DNA of 64,000 bases from assembly GCA_937901225.1 (NCBI GenBank), contig CALCGX010000127.1:12643-76642 (forward strand), read 5' to 3'. Position 1 is the first letter of the stretch; each line of letters begins with the position of its first letter. The notes beneath the pieces were generated by a model that had not been told where the DNA came from, did not search any database, and was given only the letters and a program-made list of their open reading frames with translations. Made by a program: the position numbers and the translations under genes. Shown in pieces: positions 29,930-39,788 of the stretch. This stretch comes from an uncultured Bacteroidales bacterium. GTDB lineage: Bacteria; Bacteroidota; Bacteroidia; Bacteroidales; Paludibacteraceae.

Positions 29930-30778
29930 TTATTGCAACTCAAAATTGTCCACATCTTGCCAAAGCGGTAGCACTTTGCGGAAGTGGTGGAGCTTAGCAA
30001 TATCGAACTCGGCAATCTTGGTGCCTTCTTCGTTGTCTTCGAAGTGCGCAATCGGCTGTAAACGAGTGTCATACGCTACAGAGTGACCGTTGTAATGTAA
30101 GCCCATTCCGTCGTCGCCTACGCAGTTGACGGCAGCAATATAGCACTGGTTTTCTGTAGCACGGGCTGCTATGAGCGCGTCCCAATATTGGATGCGGATG
30201 TCAGGCCAGTTGGCTACTACGAGAATGATGTCGTAATCATGTCCGCTGCGATTGCGTGCCCAGACAGGAAAACGCAAGTCATAGCAAACAAGCAAGAGGA
30301 TCTTAACTCCCTTGTATTCAAATATATGTCTTTCTTGTGCAGGTTGAAAGAATTGGTCTTCTCCGCCGTGGGCGTAGAGGTGGCGTTTGTCCTGTACAAA
30401 CAGCCTACCCCCGTCCCCTCCCTGAAGGGAAGAGAGATTAGAGCCACCCTCTAATTCCTCCCTATTTGGATAGACAGAATGAGGGGTAATCATGAAGCCG
30501 CGATTAACCAAACGCTGTCCGATGTCAGGCTTGCAGATAAACGAACTGACGATGGCAATGTTGTATGTATTTGCTAATCGCTGTAGGGTAGTCATAATCT
30601 CCTCATCCATGCTTTCTGCCAGTTCGGGGTGGTCAGTGCAAAAACCAGTGGCAAACATCTCGGGCAATACCGCTACGTCGGCTTTTCCAGCCAAGGCTGC
30701 GATACGTTCTTCTGCCAAGCGGAGATTGGCTTCTTTGTCTGCCCATGCGATGGGGTATTGTAGTAGTGCGACGCGCAT
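29930..30778 (-). CDS. carbon-nitrogen hydrolase family amidohydrolase (YafV/omega-amidase-like) with an internal insertion
   Basis: E-K-C triad context is present: VLPEMFATGF, DKRHLY, LLVCYDLRFP. It is 282 aa. From memory YafV-type proteins are about 255-260 aa (unverified); if so, the extra segment coincides with the GC-rich element. Confidence 0.85.
   Translation of the reverse strand: MRVALLQYPIAWADKEANLRLAEERIAALAGKADVAVLPEMFATGFCTDHPELAESMDEEIMTTLQRLANTYNIAIVSSFICKPDIGQRLVNRGFMITPHSVYPNREELEGGSNLSSLQGGDGGRLFVQDKRHLYAHGGEDQFFQPAQERHIFEYKGVKILLLVCYDLRFPVWARNRSGHDYDIILVVANWPDIRIQYWDALIAARATENQCYIAAVNCVGDDGMGLHYNGHSVAYDTRLQPIAHFEDNEEGTKIAEFDIAKLHHFRKVLPLWQDVDNFELQ
30405..30465. repeat. GC-rich palindromic element embedded in-frame in the C-N hydrolase gene (copy 2)
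   Basis: The core cccctccctgaagggaag (30415-30432) is the reverse complement of 5009-5026. Next to it is a perfect 7-bp-stem hairpin, attagag-ccacc-ctctaat. Confidence 0.7.
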
Positions 30779-30807
30779 AAAAAATTGCTATGAAATCAAT
30801 AACGCTG

Positions 30808-30839
30808 CAAAGTTACAAAAAAAAATAAATCCAAGCAAA
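30808..30839 (-). promoter_or_regulatory. sigma-A promoter for the C-N hydrolase gene
   Basis: Minus-strand TAACTTTG (30808-30815) and TTTG (30836-30839) with a 20-nt spacer containing T9. Confidence 0.55.
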
Positions 30840-30927
30840 TTATTTACAGAATAGTATATTTTTTTTTGCTTATAAAGGAAGAAAATGAGGTAAGATGGGT
30901 GACAATTTTCAAAAATCAGAGGAATTA

Positions 30928-30959
30928 TTTGGTTATGTCAAAAAAAAGCAGTATATTTG
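30928..30959 (+). promoter_or_regulatory. sigma-A promoter for 31020..31967
   Basis: TTTG (30928-30931), a 20-nt spacer with A8, then TATATTTG (30952-30959). Confidence 0.55.
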
Positions 30960-30967
30960 CCCGATTT

Positions 30968-30998
30968 TTCGCGCGTTTTAAAAATCCGTGCGCGCGAA
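30968..30998 (+). promoter_or_regulatory. GC-only stem hairpin in the 5' leader of 31020..31967
   Basis: ttcgcgcg, a 15-nt loop, then cgcgcgaa, immediately after the predicted transcription start. Confidence 0.3.
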
Positions 30999-31019
30999 TG
31001 GACTAAAATCTGTTAGAAA

Positions 31020-31967
31020 ATGAAAGGTAATTCGCAGTTAATAGTTATCGCCATATGTGCAGCTCTGTGTACGGGTATGTTGCATTTGTTGGGCGTGTTT
31101 GATTTGCAGGACAAAGGCCTGTCGGGTTGGAATCCGAATAGTATGTATAATGGAGTTATTGCCAAGGATACTAATGTGTATGGAATTAGTATGGTTGATC
31201 GACCATCTGTTGGTAATACCAGTCGTGTGACTACCTCCGTGCCAAGTGTTGCTACTAGTAGCATGCGCTCGAATAAAATATCAGCATTGCCATCTTCTAA
31301 GGTGATATCCTCTTCGGTGTCGTCTTCCTATGCGGGTGCGCCTCTCCGCACGACGTCATCGGCTTCGTACCGCAGTTTCGGTGGTGGCGGATACGCTGGT
31401 GGAGCGAATAATACATTTGTTTTCAACCAATTCAAAATGGCAAAATCTTCGCCTATGGGCATGTCTGTCATGCCGAATTTGAGTTATGTGCCTGCTGCAA
31501 GTTCGCGTGTCTATTCGTCTGCGCAGATGAGTGGTGGCGCTTATTCTTATTCTGCTCCTTCTATGGAGGGAGTTGCGCCTCGAGGAATAAATGGTCGTCG
31601 AAATGCAGGTGTGGGATTTGATGATATTTGGTCGGATTGGCTTTGGGGACTGCATGATGATGGTGATGGTACAGGTGCATGGATGTACGATAGCGGTGAT
31701 AACTACTACTACAATAGTTCTAAGTTGCGCGAGGCATTTGCTGCTTGGTTCAGTTCTAACTCTTCAAGTTTCCAAGGTATGACTGAGGAGGAGGCTTGGC
31801 TGTTGTTCTTGGAGTGGTTTGCTCCTAAAGACTCGGATGGCAATCTATTGGATACTGACCATAACTTCCGTTTCCCTATCTCTGATGGATTGGGAGTATT
31901 GACGGTGTTGGCATTGCTGTATGCATTTGTAATTTATTTGAAATTACGCAGTAAGAAAGTTGCTTAA
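31020..31967 (+). CDS. hypothetical Ser-rich membrane protein with N-terminal TM and C-terminal motif-TM-basic tail
   Basis: N-terminal TM LIVIAICAALCTGMLHLLGVF, a low-complexity S/G/A-rich middle, and a C-terminus PISDGLGVLTVLALLYAFVIYLKLRSKKVA. Confidence 0.6.
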   Translation: MKGNSQLIVIAICAALCTGMLHLLGVFDLQDKGLSGWNPNSMYNGVIAKDTNVYGISMVDRPSVGNTSRVTTSVPSVATSSMRSNKISALPSSKVISSSVSSSYAGAPLRTTSSASYRSFGGGGYAGGANNTFVFNQFKMAKSSPMGMSVMPNLSYVPAASSRVYSSAQMSGGAYSYSAPSMEGVAPRGINGRRNAGVGFDDIWSDWLWGLHDDGDGTGAWMYDSGDNYYYNSSKLREAFAAWFSSNSSSFQGMTEEEAWLLFLEWFAPKDSDGNLLDTDHNFRFPISDGLGVLTVLALLYAFVIYLKLRSKKVA

Positions 31968-31986
31968 TAGACATTATCATTGAATC

Positions 31987-33177
31987 ATGCGTTCCATGCA
32001 CAAAATATTGCTTTTCTTGTTTGCTGTTTTGATAGCAAACATATTGCCTACGTTTGCGGAAGAGCAATATGTGGATCCTGTATTTGGTGATACGATTGAC
32101 CGTACAGATGAGGATTTTGTGACGGTTTCGCTATTGGTGGCAGATCCTGGTCTCTCTACTTACTCGGTTTTGGGACATGCTTGTTTGCGTATGCAGTGTC
32201 CTGCATTTGACATGGATTATTGCTTCTCATATGAAAGTGAGAGTGTTGAAAATCGCATAGCTGATTACTTGGCAGGAAAACTGAAAATGGGACTGTTTGC
32301 GGTACCTGTAAAAGAATATTGTGATGGTTATGCTCAGGAAGGTCGCGGTGTCTATGAATATAAACTAAACCTCCCTTCTGTGGCGGAGCAAAATCTTTGG
32401 CGCATTCTTGATGAGCATGTAGCAAAAGGTAGTTGTTTGTCATATGATTACTTTAAACGAGGTTGTGCGATAACTTGTGTACAATTTATAGAAGAGGCGT
32501 TAGGCGAAACTCGTATTCAATATGATGCAAGTTTATTGCAGCGAGAAGCGACAAGTAAAGAGATCGTTTTGAGCCATTGTGACAAATTCAAATGGTCGGG
32601 GTTTGCATTTGCATTTTTAGCCGCAGGCGAGTCAGAGCAGTTGGTCAGTGGGTCAGAGCAGTTGTGTGTTCCTGCTGAATTGGTGCAAGCATGGAAAAGG
32701 GCATCAATCAATGGTGTTCCGCTTCTTGCACAAGAGCCTGTGGTCTTGGTAGAAGGTGCGCCACAGTGGGATGATAGTTGGTTTACGCCGATGTTATTAG
32801 CTTGGCTTATCCTATGTTTAGCCATTGCCAACATCTTTTGGAATAAACCTTATTGTGATTGGTTGATGTTGTTGGCGCAAACTGTGGTTGGAGCGGCTAT
32901 GATGTATTTGATTTGTTTCTCCAATTTGTGTTGTACTTCTTGGAACTGGCTCTTGATACCGTTTAATCCATTACCAGCAATTTTCTGGTATTGGCGTAAG
33001 TATTGGGCACTGCCTTATGTGGGTGTGATGATTGTATGGTCTTTGGTTATGGCGGCGAACTTGCTTTGGGGACATGTGCTGATGGATTGGTCGCATATCT
33101 TATTGGTACTTGCTTGGGCGCTGATAGTGCTGAAACAATCTCCTTGGGTGTGTACATTGCTATCGCACAAAAAATAG
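31987..33177 (+). CDS. DUF4105-like (Lnb N-terminal domain) membrane protein
   Basis: Signal peptide. The periplasmic block VSLLVADPGLSTYSVLGHACLRMQC resembles DUF4105. About 5 C-terminal TM helices. Confidence 0.6.
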   Translation: MRSMHKILLFLFAVLIANILPTFAEEQYVDPVFGDTIDRTDEDFVTVSLLVADPGLSTYSVLGHACLRMQCPAFDMDYCFSYESESVENRIADYLAGKLKMGLFAVPVKEYCDGYAQEGRGVYEYKLNLPSVAEQNLWRILDEHVAKGSCLSYDYFKRGCAITCVQFIEEALGETRIQYDASLLQREATSKEIVLSHCDKFKWSGFAFAFLAAGESEQLVSGSEQLCVPAELVQAWKRASINGVPLLAQEPVVLVEGAPQWDDSWFTPMLLAWLILCLAIANIFWNKPYCDWLMLLAQTVVGAAMMYLICFSNLCCTSWNWLLIPFNPLPAIFWYWRKYWALPYVGVMIVWSLVMAANLLWGHVLMDWSHILLVLAWALIVLKQSPWVCTLLSHKK

Positions 33178-33202
33178 ATGATAACTTTTTGAACCGAAAT
33201 AT

Positions 33203-36200
33203 ATGAATACAATAAAAATCCAATCTATGATACATTGTAATAAAATATGTTTTCAATTAGCCAAACCTTTGGTGTTATTGGTGTTTTTAACCAGCATTAC
33301 TAATGCAATATATGCATATAATACTCATTATACTCACTATTCTAAAGCGACCATTACTACAAGCAATGGTTTGGGTAAGGTGTATGTGAGTGATAATAAT
33401 ACTGCTCCTAATAATGGAAACTGGAAAAATGCTACAGCTACAGCTAATCAAAACTGTAGAGGAGATGAAAGTGAGGATTCGCATACATACTATTTCTACG
33501 CACAAAATCAATCCAATTGGTTGTGGGCTGGCTGGGAAAAAGATTATGTGTTAATAGAAAATTCCCAAGATGGGACATTGACAAATGGTTATTATAGAAC
33601 GGACCAAAGTGTGACGGCGGTAAGTGTGGATCAGAATGCTCCAACGGAGTTGAATATGATCGCTCTTTGGTGGTGTCCACAAATTACGAATACAGAGATA
33701 GTAGGAGTTACGACTGATCCTAAGTATGAAGAGACGATTACGATCACAGATCCTAATAGTCCAGCAATTCAACGAACAATTAATTTTGTTACGACAGAGG
33801 CTTTGAGTGCGGATAACTTCACACTTACGCCATTTAATATTGATACCTATACCACTTCTTATGAGGATCAGTATAGTGTCGATGTTACTATCCCAATTAG
33901 TGGAGAACATCATTTAGACCCTACTACCCACACTTTGACGTTAACCAGTAACTATAAGGGAAATCAAGCGGCTGCCTCTTCTGCTACTGCAACAATCAAA
34001 ATTATTGAGGATTATACGCCTCGATTTGGCTCGAGTGTAGATGCATACGAGTTTGTTCGTGGTACGGAGACAAAGATGTTTTCTATGGAGTGGCTGAATG
34101 CTGTTGCCAAACATAGCAATACAACATGGACAGTGAATCTCGTAGGAGACGATGTGTTTCAAATTACGAACGGAGGAAATACTGCTACTCCTGAAATTAC
34201 GTTTACCAAACCTGCATCGCCAGAAGAAAGTTATTCGGCGACATTGACTATCTCTTGTAGTTATAAAGGTATTCCGTCTAATATCATCGATAATCAGGGA
34301 AATGAACTGAAAGATGGAGCGGAGATTGTGCATGTCAAGACCATTGTATTAACGGCTTCTTTTGAACCTACAATCGTATGGACTCCTTCTGCTTATGATT
34401 TTAACACGATTGAATGTGGTACAGAAGTGACTAGTGGAAATATATCACTGCTCCATAATTTAGCAACAGATCCAACTGTGACAATCTCTGGCAATCCGAA
34501 TATTACATTCACCAAAAGTGAATTTACCAACAAGGAGGCAATCGTTATAGTTACCTTGGGCAGTGCACTGCCTGTGGGATCACATACTGCGACATTAACT
34601 GCGCTTGGCAAGAAAGAAAATGGAGATCCGATAGAAGCGGTTTTGGAGGTGAAAGTAAATGTAGTTTTGCAAACTCCAGTACTGCGAGGTACTCCTGCTA
34701 ACGAGCAAGTTAATCTGTTATGGGATAAAATACCTGGTGCAACCAAATATGAAATCAAATGGTCTGGAAATGGAAACAGTGGAACGATTACCATATCTGA
34801 CCCTAATCAAACGTCTTATCAACATACTGGATTAACCAACAACATACCTTATACGTACACACTAACTGCATATTGCGACGACAAAGATCGAAAGACATCC
34901 AATACAGTAGTTGTTGTTCCGCAATATTATCCGCTATATATTGCCAAAGAGCAAACCACGTATGGTGATGGTACAGTGGCAGTCTCAGCTGCTCATACCG
35001 GATTATACACGGGTGCTGTGGGTGATACGTACGAATTGAATGTATCGGCTGCATTCTCTGGCAAAGAGACGCAGTTTGAGTGGTTGTATCTATTTGTAGC
35101 AGAAACACCTCAGGGTAAGTATCCTTGTTACATCTATCGTAAAAATTCCGCAGAACGATATAGATACCATGGTCAAGTGGAAATGACTGATAACAAGAAA
35201 GATAAAACCTATTTCGAATTGACGACAGATATTGGTAGCGTTTATCTTGCGGGCTATTGTGGTAAGGCAACTACAGGTAATACTTGGACTGAGAATGGTG
35301 TGCTACATATAAAAAAGGGCAGTAAAAACACGATTGATTTATATTTGGATGGATTGCAGTTGTACGCCAAAGCGAAATCATCTACGACATATTCTACTAC
35401 ATCTGCATCAGAAGTGATGAATAATTTCGTAGGTAAATCTTACCCCATGGAGGGAAGTGGCGCGATATTCGTATTTGATGGCAGAAGTGGAGGCTTTAAT
35501 CCAACTTTGCACGTCTGCAATGAGAATATTCTCCAATCTACGCAAAGTATGGATTTAGCGGTTAATGCAGATACTACTATTAAATCAGGATTTACATCAA
35601 CCACAGTAAAATTTCAGATGCAATGCAAACAAGAATCATCTGTGATTCAGGCAATGGTGGATGGTACGGATGATGCTTTTGCAATCACAATAACGGATGC
35701 TTGGCATGATTTGGACGATGCGACCAATATGAATGGTTGTAGAACCAATGGTTTGATTACATTGCAAAAGGGTTTAACAAATCATCCTCTCATTAATTTG
35801 GGTCATGCCGGTAGTAGCTTTAATATAGCAGGTGGTCAGGTGAACTTTGGTAATCAATCAGGTATTTGTGTCACGGAATCCTACCAATATATGTATAGAC
35901 GGGATAAAATCTCGAGTAATACATTGGATACGTACGTATATGGTTGTTCAGAATACTCGATTACAAACAATAACACCGAAAACAATGGATTACAAAGTGG
36001 ATATGGTTTGAAGGGCACTGCCAACCAATCAATGAAGTTCTGTGATGGAACCATTCGTGCTGCAGTATCTCCGCTTGTGTGTCCTACCAATACTACCATT
36101 GATGGTGGCGCTTATCTGTGTGATGTCAAAGCTGGTACTAGTACGGATTTGTATAGTTCATATGATACAGGCAAACAACATAAATTGCATAAAATTGCAG

Positions 36201-37999
36201 TGGATGTTGTAGAGTCTGTTGGAACAATCGAAAATGGCTTGGTGGTATTTGAGACAACCCCAACTGCGGATGGCAAAGATGGTTTCCAAGTGTTGATGGA
36301 TAATTTATTCCCAAGTGCAAACTATCGAACGACAATTGATGCGCAAGAGGTATATGCTTCTTTGGCGGACTATTACAAGCCTTCTACGAAATATGGACAT
36401 GAGAGTCTTGCTCCTGTTGGAACAAAGCTCTATCTCATGTTGCCTCAAGATGGTTCAATTTCCTCTTATACTGGTTGGGCTTTGTGCGTACCAGAAGTGC
36501 AAAACGTTAATCAAAATATTGGTGGGGGGATGCAAGAGGTGTCTGCTGGTGGTACTACGGAAGTTGTACCTACAACCAAAGTGCCTGTTGCAGAATCAAG
36601 CTTGAAATTAACCAACCGATTGCTGTATGCTAAGATTGATGAGACAACCAAGAATGTGATTAAAGACCTTGATTTGTCTGGAGAGGATGCAACCGTGACA
36701 TTAGGTCATCATATTACAAATGCTGATGAATATACAATCAATGACAAAGTCTATATGCTTCTGCCTGTAGTCGCTGGTCAGTGGAATATGTTTGTAGCAC
36801 CATTTGATGTGCACAACGTGTATGCTATTGAAGCCTATCCAGAAAGTCTTTTGAAGAAGGTATATGGCGAGGAGAAAAGGGCTGGTACAGGACGCTACTA
36901 CATTACGGATATAGATGGCGCACGTAATGCGCAAGCGAAACGTTTGTTCGATTTGCTTGTCTATTGGATGTCTGTAGAAGACTTGGATGTAGATTTCTTT
37001 GGAGTGGCAGGTGGATATGGCAACTTTGTTGAAACTTGGATGAACTATGAGGCTGCCAATAAGGAGATGAAAGGCGGAGTGGAAATTGATGGTGATTATA
37101 CCCCTACCATCGAACAATTGTATCACTTCACAGGTACTACAGGCACGTACCCTAATGCGATGAAATGGTATGAGGCGAATTATTACTTGTATCAATCAAG
37201 TGGTCTTTGGGATTTCAATGCAGAGACTGGTGCTGTAGAAACAGATTGGATTGAAGTGACGGAGCAATCTGTACCACGCTCTACGGGAACACCTAATACC
37301 ATCATGCACAAGGGTGGTTTCTATTCGCTACAGTTCCCGTCTAACTATAGCAATGGTTGGGATTATTGGACAGGTAAGTATATTCTGTTAGAAGGTTATG
37401 GACCACAAACTATCGATGGTAGCAGCGTTATTAACAATGTACTACCTACGATCGTTAACACCCCAGATAATGCAGTGCAATTATATGGAAATGCTTCGTT
37501 TGCTAACTCGCAATCATTCCAACATGAAAATCTATACCACACTGCATTAAATGATAAAGGAGTGCTTGATTTTGTTCGTAAAACCGATGAAAAAGCATTC
37601 TTTGCTCCAATGGATGGTTTTGCAATAGGTGATCTAGATGGTGCTATTGAGACAATCACCACGGAAGCAGGACAAATAATGCAACAGCAGAGAAAAGCAA
37701 AATCTATCAATATGCAAACGGGTGAAGTGGTCTATGAGCAATCAACAACCATATTGGACGACAATCCAGGCGTTGCTACGGATTTGCCAACTATTATGGG
37801 AGATGTTGCGCTCATAGTGATGCCTACCGAAACTGGACTGGTGATGGTGCCTAAGTATCCACAGCAAGTGATGATCTACGATGTGGAAGGTAAATTGATC
37901 TTCAATCAATACGTTGTAGAGGAGCAATCTGTTGCACTGCCAAGCAGTATGTATATCGTGCGTGGAGAGCAAGATAAGATAAAAGTGGTTAAGAAATAG
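33203..37999 (+). CDS. giant (1598 aa) surface/adhesin-like T9SS cargo protein
   Basis: Signal peptide. FN3-like block (LWDKIPGATKYEIKW...YTYTLTAY). C-terminal sorting domain VMIYDVEGKLIFNQ...MYIVRGEQDKIKVVKK. Confidence 0.85.
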   Translation: MNTIKIQSMIHCNKICFQLAKPLVLLVFLTSITNAIYAYNTHYTHYSKATITTSNGLGKVYVSDNNTAPNNGNWKNATATANQNCRGDESEDSHTYYFYAQNQSNWLWAGWEKDYVLIENSQDGTLTNGYYRTDQSVTAVSVDQNAPTELNMIALWWCPQITNTEIVGVTTDPKYEETITITDPNSPAIQRTINFVTTEALSADNFTLTPFNIDTYTTSYEDQYSVDVTIPISGEHHLDPTTHTLTLTSNYKGNQAAASSATATIKIIEDYTPRFGSSVDAYEFVRGTETKMFSMEWLNAVAKHSNTTWTVNLVGDDVFQITNGGNTATPEITFTKPASPEESYSATLTISCSYKGIPSNIIDNQGNELKDGAEIVHVKTIVLTASFEPTIVWTPSAYDFNTIECGTEVTSGNISLLHNLATDPTVTISGNPNITFTKSEFTNKEAIVIVTLGSALPVGSHTATLTALGKKENGDPIEAVLEVKVNVVLQTPVLRGTPANEQVNLLWDKIPGATKYEIKWSGNGNSGTITISDPNQTSYQHTGLTNNIPYTYTLTAYCDDKDRKTSNTVVVVPQYYPLYIAKEQTTYGDGTVAVSAAHTGLYTGAVGDTYELNVSAAFSGKETQFEWLYLFVAETPQGKYPCYIYRKNSAERYRYHGQVEMTDNKKDKTYFELTTDIGSVYLAGYCGKATTGNTWTENGVLHIKKGSKNTIDLYLDGLQLYAKAKSSTTYSTTSASEVMNNFVGKSYPMEGSGAIFVFDGRSGGFNPTLHVCNENILQSTQSMDLAVNADTTIKSGFTSTTVKFQMQCKQESSVIQAMVDGTDDAFAITITDAWHDLDDATNMNGCRTNGLITLQKGLTNHPLINLGHAGSSFNIAGGQVNFGNQSGICVTESYQYMYRRDKISSNTLDTYVYGCSEYSITNNNTENNGLQSGYGLKGTANQSMKFCDGTIRAAVSPLVCPTNTTIDGGAYLCDVKAGTSTDLYSSYDTGKQHKLHKIAVDVVESVGTIENGLVVFETTPTADGKDGFQVLMDNLFPSANYRTTIDAQEVYASLADYYKPSTKYGHESLAPVGTKLYLMLPQDGSISSYTGWALCVPEVQNVNQNIGGGMQEVSAGGTTEVVPTTKVPVAESSLKLTNRLLYAKIDETTKNVIKDLDLSGEDATVTLGHHITNADEYTINDKVYMLLPVVAGQWNMFVAPFDVHNVYAIEAYPESLLKKVYGEEKRAGTGRYYITDIDGARNAQAKRLFDLLVYWMSVEDLDVDFFGVAGGYGNFVETWMNYEAANKEMKGGVEIDGDYTPTIEQLYHFTGTTGTYPNAMKWYEANYYLYQSSGLWDFNAETGAVETDWIEVTEQSVPRSTGTPNTIMHKGGFYSLQFPSNYSNGWDYWTGKYILLEGYGPQTIDGSSVINNVLPTIVNTPDNAVQLYGNASFANSQSFQHENLYHTALNDKGVLDFVRKTDEKAFFAPMDGFAIGDLDGAIETITTEAGQIMQQQRKAKSINMQTGEVVYEQSTTILDDNPGVATDLPTIMGDVALIVMPTETGLVMVPKYPQQVMIYDVEGKLIFNQYVVEEQSVALPSSMYIVRGEQDKIKVVKK

Positions 38000-38064
38000 G
38001 GAACTATATACATCTTGAGTTTACGACGAACAATTAGTGTTTATTGATTGATGTAATCCCGAAT

Positions 38065-38102
38065 AAAAAAAGCGAATTTCCAAAATGGGAATTCGCTTTT
38101 TT
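38065..38102. terminator. bidirectional intrinsic terminator
   Basis: A-run, then stem gcgaatttcc / gggaattcgc, then a T-run, between convergent genes. Confidence 0.7.
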
Positions 38103-38128
38103 ATTTGAATGCGTTATAATCGAAGATA

Positions 38129-39109
38129 TTATTTCTTCTTTGCAGGCTCGTTAGCAGGTTTGCCAATGGCTTCGCGCATGGTGGTGTCTGCTTGGATGTT
38201 TTGCATGCGGTAGTAGTCCATGATGCCGAGGTTGCCATTGCGGAAAGCTTCTGCCATAGCTTGTGGTACAAGCGCTTCTGCCTCAATCACTTTCGCTTTT
38301 GCCTCTTGTGCTTTGGCTTTCATTTCTTGCTCTGTAGCAATAGCCATAGCACGGCGTTCCTCTGCCTTGGCTTGAGCGATGTTCTTATCTGCCTCTGCTT
38401 GGTCCATTTGCAATTGTGCACCAATGTTTTTACCTACATCAATATCAGCAATATCAATACTCAGAATCTCAAAAGCAGTACCTGCATCTAGTCCCTTGCT
38501 GAGCACGAGTTTGGAGATGCTGTCAGGGTTTTCCAATACCATCTTGTGGCTATCCGATGAGCCGATAGATGATACGATACCTTCGCCTACACGAGCAAGG
38601 ATAGTGTCCTCGCCTGCACCACCGACCAATTGCTTGATATTGGCGCGCACGGTTACACGAGCCTTTGCGATGAGCTGAATGCCGTCCTTTGCCACAGCAG
38701 TCACAGGAGGAGTATCAATCACGCGAGGGTTCACCGACATTTGTACTGCCTCAAACACGTCACGACCAGCGAGGTCAATAGCTGTAGCCATTTGGAAAGT
38801 GAGTGCCATATTTGCTTTGCTAGCACTAACAAGGGCATGTACTACGCGCTCAATATGTCCACCTGCGAGGAAGTGCGCCTCCAGTCCGTCGCGCTTCACG
38901 TCGGTGAGACCAGCTTTATGCGCCTCAATAAGGCAGTTGACAATGCGTGTAGGTGGTACCTTACGGATACGCATCAGGAAGAGTTGTACTAACGAAACAT
39001 GTACACCGCTTACTACTGCGTTGATCCACAGCATGAAAGGTACATAGTAGAAGAAAATGATTACGAAAATGGCAAGGAGAGCCACTAATACAATTTGTAG
39101 TAGTTCCAT
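38129..39109 (-). CDS. floA: flotillin-like protein FloA (SPFH, UPF0365/YqfA)
   Basis: The N-terminus [53 protein letters not shown] is typical of FloA. 326 aa. Confidence 0.85.
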   Translation of the reverse strand: MELLQIVLVALLAIFVIIFFYYVPFMLWINAVVSGVHVSLVQLFLMRIRKVPPTRIVNCLIEAHKAGLTDVKRDGLEAHFLAGGHIERVVHALVSASKANMALTFQMATAIDLAGRDVFEAVQMSVNPRVIDTPPVTAVAKDGIQLIAKARVTVRANIKQLVGGAGEDTILARVGEGIVSSIGSSDSHKMVLENPDSISKLVLSKGLDAGTAFEILSIDIADIDVGKNIGAQLQMDQAEADKNIAQAKAEERRAMAIATEQEMKAKAQEAKAKVIEAEALVPQAMAEAFRNGNLGIMDYYRMQNIQADTTMREAIGKPANEPAKKK

Positions 39110-39164
39110 ATTATTTGAGTTTAAAGATAAATGTTTAACGAATTAACGAGTTAAACGGCGATGG

Positions 39165-39494
39165 TTATTTCTGTAAATCTTCCATGTGTTTGCCTGCGGA
39201 TGGCATATCCACACCGCCTTCGATCTTGGTGTCAAGTGCCATCTTGTTGAGCGCTTTACTCTTGAGGAATACCCAAATAGCGATGCCGCAAAGCACTACG
39301 CATGCAGCCAATGTGACATGACCCGCCCACGCCCATAATGCAACTAACTTAACATAGGCGATTACTACCGCTGCAATCAAACTGGCAAGTCCGAAGATAC
39401 CTGCAATACCAAAACCAGGCAGGAGAAACATCTCTGCCAATAACAGTCCTATGCCAAAGAGGACAAGAATGATGGTTAGAAGAATATAGGTCAT
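39165..39494 (-). CDS. NfeD-like small membrane protein (FloA partner)
   Basis: 109 aa, three hydrophobic helices, directly upstream of floA as in yqeZ-floA operons. Confidence 0.6.
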   Translation of the reverse strand: MTYILLTIILVLFGIGLLLAEMFLLPGFGIAGIFGLASLIAAVVIAYVKLVALWAWAGHVTLAACVVLCGIAIWVFLKSKALNKMALDTKIEGGVDMPSAGKHMEDLQK

Positions 39495-39559
39495 TGTGTT
39501 TTATGTTTAAAAAGTTTGAAAGGTTCTAAAAGTTTTAAGGGTGTTCGGTGTTTACGCCG

Positions 39560-39591
39560 CAAAGGTACAAAAAATAATACATATATGCAAA
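39560..39591 (-). promoter_or_regulatory. sigma-A promoter for the nfeD-like/floA operon
   Basis: Minus-strand TACCTTTG (39560-39567) and TTTG (39588-39591) with a 20-nt spacer. Confidence 0.55.
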
Positions 39592-39655
39592 CAAAAAAGC
39601 AAAAAAACAAAAAACTTTACTTTATATAAGTAATAGAAAAAAGCGGAAAAATAAA

Positions 39656-39687
39656 TTTGCACATATGAAATAAAAGTACTACCTTTG
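39656..39687 (+). promoter_or_regulatory. sigma-A promoter for topA
   Basis: TTTG (39656-39659), a 20-nt spacer, then TACCTTTG (39680-39687). Confidence 0.55.
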
Positions 39688-39788
39688 CCGCCGTTTTGCG
39701 AAAAAGACACCTTATTATATATAGGCTTTGTTGTGACTTGAGCGTCAGGAACGATGTTAAAGTCCTTAAAAAATAATGAATTAGAACA

